The notes under the pieces were generated by a model that was given only the letters and a program-made list of their open reading frames with translations, was not told where the DNA came from and did no database searches. Both the position numbers and the translations under genes were made by a program. A DNA stretch of 64,000 nt from assembly GCA_000004985.1 (NCBI GenBank), contig GG738847.1, one strand, 5' to 3'. Shown here piece by piece: positions 63,101 through 64,000 of this stretch. The number at the start of each line of letters is the position of its first letter. Positions within the stretch are counted from its first letter, which is position 1. The stretch comes from Naegleria gruberi. Its lineage: Eukaryota.

Positions 63101-63532
63101 CATCTCTGACTTCTCTCTTTGAATCAGTAATGTTTTCCAAAATTAAATTCAACAAATCCTCGTTTTCATTAATTAACAATTTAATCAATTCTTGTTTTTC
63201 GAAAATAAAGTAGAAATGTACAAGAGCAAAAGCAATTGATTGTTTGAAGGACCAATCATCAAAATGAGACAATAAATCCTTGAATAAATTAAAAACTTCT
63301 TGGGCGTTTTGCAAAAGTGATGAACCACTGTGGTTATATTCTCCCGATTTAATTTCATCAAAAACTCTATCAAGAGCATTGATTAAATTTTGTTTCTTTT
63401 CTCTGTTTGGCCTATAAATATAGTTATCAATATTTAGAGTGATTGAAGAAAAACTTACTTATCAGCCTTGGAAACTTCAATAGTTTCCCTGAGGTTATCA
63501 AGAAGTGGTCGCCAACAGTCGTGTGTAGCCAT
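60156..63532 (-). CDS. Large HEAT/ARM-repeat protein (~1,109 aa), identity unresolved; 2 exons (63532..63459, 63411..60156) with a 47-nt intron
   Basis: The true ATG is at 63532 (MATHDCWRPLLDNLRETIEVSKADK). The donor is AA|GTAAGT and the acceptor is ...tatttatag. The ORF-track M at 63314 is a TTG. The helical-repeat composition is uniform throughout. An internal acidic linker reads DYEVDFDEEDESEEDSEDEKED. Confidence 0.55.
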
Positions 63533-64000
63533 TTTTTCAATTCCGAAATTTGATGATTCCTCTCCCAATTATTCAATTTATTTATCTTTATTGAAAGAAT
63601 TCTTTGAGAAGGAATTCAACGATGCTACAAGTAAATTTTGTTTCTTTTCAAGCACACTGGGATGAAAAACATGAGATATTCACTCTCTGATTTATTCGGT
63701 AAATTATCATCAATATACTTATTATTTCCCTGAATAAAATAATAACCTAATAACCAACATCAGTGCTCTTTGATATCTCTGTTTGAATGTCTCCCGCCCT
63801 CACAAACTGTAAACAAAAAAGAAAAAAAATGAAATTGTTGATGATTGTATTTTAAAAAAGTCGAAGAGGAAAAACATCATTCAACATTAAATTTTCATCA
63901 TCAATTCAAATTTTTGTTTGTATTAATAATCAAGTATTATTGAGAGAGGAAAATGTTGTTAAACTCCTCACCTAAAAAGATGAGGAAGAAAAAAGTAAAG

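Noticed and set aside
60156-63314. Assigning the HEAT-repeat protein to CAND1 or to tubulin-folding cofactor D on the basis of its acidic insert.
   Set aside because: The insert sits at ~aa 750 of ~1,109, not at the N-terminal third as in CAND1. The N-terminal sequence matches neither from memory. The evidence is insufficient.
1-64000. Prokaryotic-style systems (CRISPR arrays, toxin-antitoxin pairs, restriction-modification, defence islands). The C5-MTase motifs in particular could be misread as a bacterial R-M methylase.
   Set aside because: The window is eukaryotic nuclear DNA, with spliceosomal introns, a Pol III tRNA gene, TAF6, dynein and a Pol III subunit. The methyltransferase carries eukaryote-specific RFD and BAH domains and introns. 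No repeat-spacer arrays are present.

Overview
This window is eukaryotic nuclear DNA: AT-rich (roughly one-third GC), gene-dense, with about 35 protein genes in 64 kb on both strands. Introns are short, spliceosomal and GT-AG bounded. Several genes show introns of only 38-47 nt, and others of 68-101 nt, with GTAAGT, GTATGT, GTAGGT or GTACGT donors. Stops are TAA, TAG and TGA. I found no prokaryotic-style operons, CRISPR arrays or defence islands.

The content I recognise from motifs is mostly housekeeping and organellar:
- A roughly 4,480-aa dynein heavy chain of axonemal type, which implies a flagellated organism.
- An RNA polymerase III largest subunit, a mitochondrial-type aconitase, TAF6, ARL2BP and GPATCH1.
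- A TruA-family pseudouridine synthase, RNase H2 subunit C, MRPL54, an LYR-motif protein and a small Tim.
- PEX11, a PB1-ZZ-UBA (p62/NBR1-like) autophagy receptor, a Sec14/CRAL-TRIO protein, a TALE homeobox protein and a METTL26-like methyltransferase.
- A tRNA-Ser(GCU).

The items that deserve a second look are these:
- A five-exon DNMT1-family cytosine-5 DNA methyltransferase with an RFD domain, one BAH domain and the catalytic motifs I, IV, VI, VIII, IX and X.
- An ABCG half-transporter that carries an N-terminal ectodomain of about 900 aa with Cys-rich C-P-x-G-Y/F repeats.
- A degenerate TA-flanked terminal-inverted-repeat DNA transposon with a pogo/Tc5-like helix-turn-helix remnant.
- A spliced gene with paired glycine-rich loops whose family I cannot place.
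- A GPI-anchored beta-propeller surface protein that appears frame-shifted.
- A 50-bp bidirectional promoter shared by two mitochondrial-protein genes.

Many true start codons and 5' exons differ from the ORF track, which also reports TTG and GTG starts as M. All coordinates come from hand splicing and may be off by 1-2 nt.
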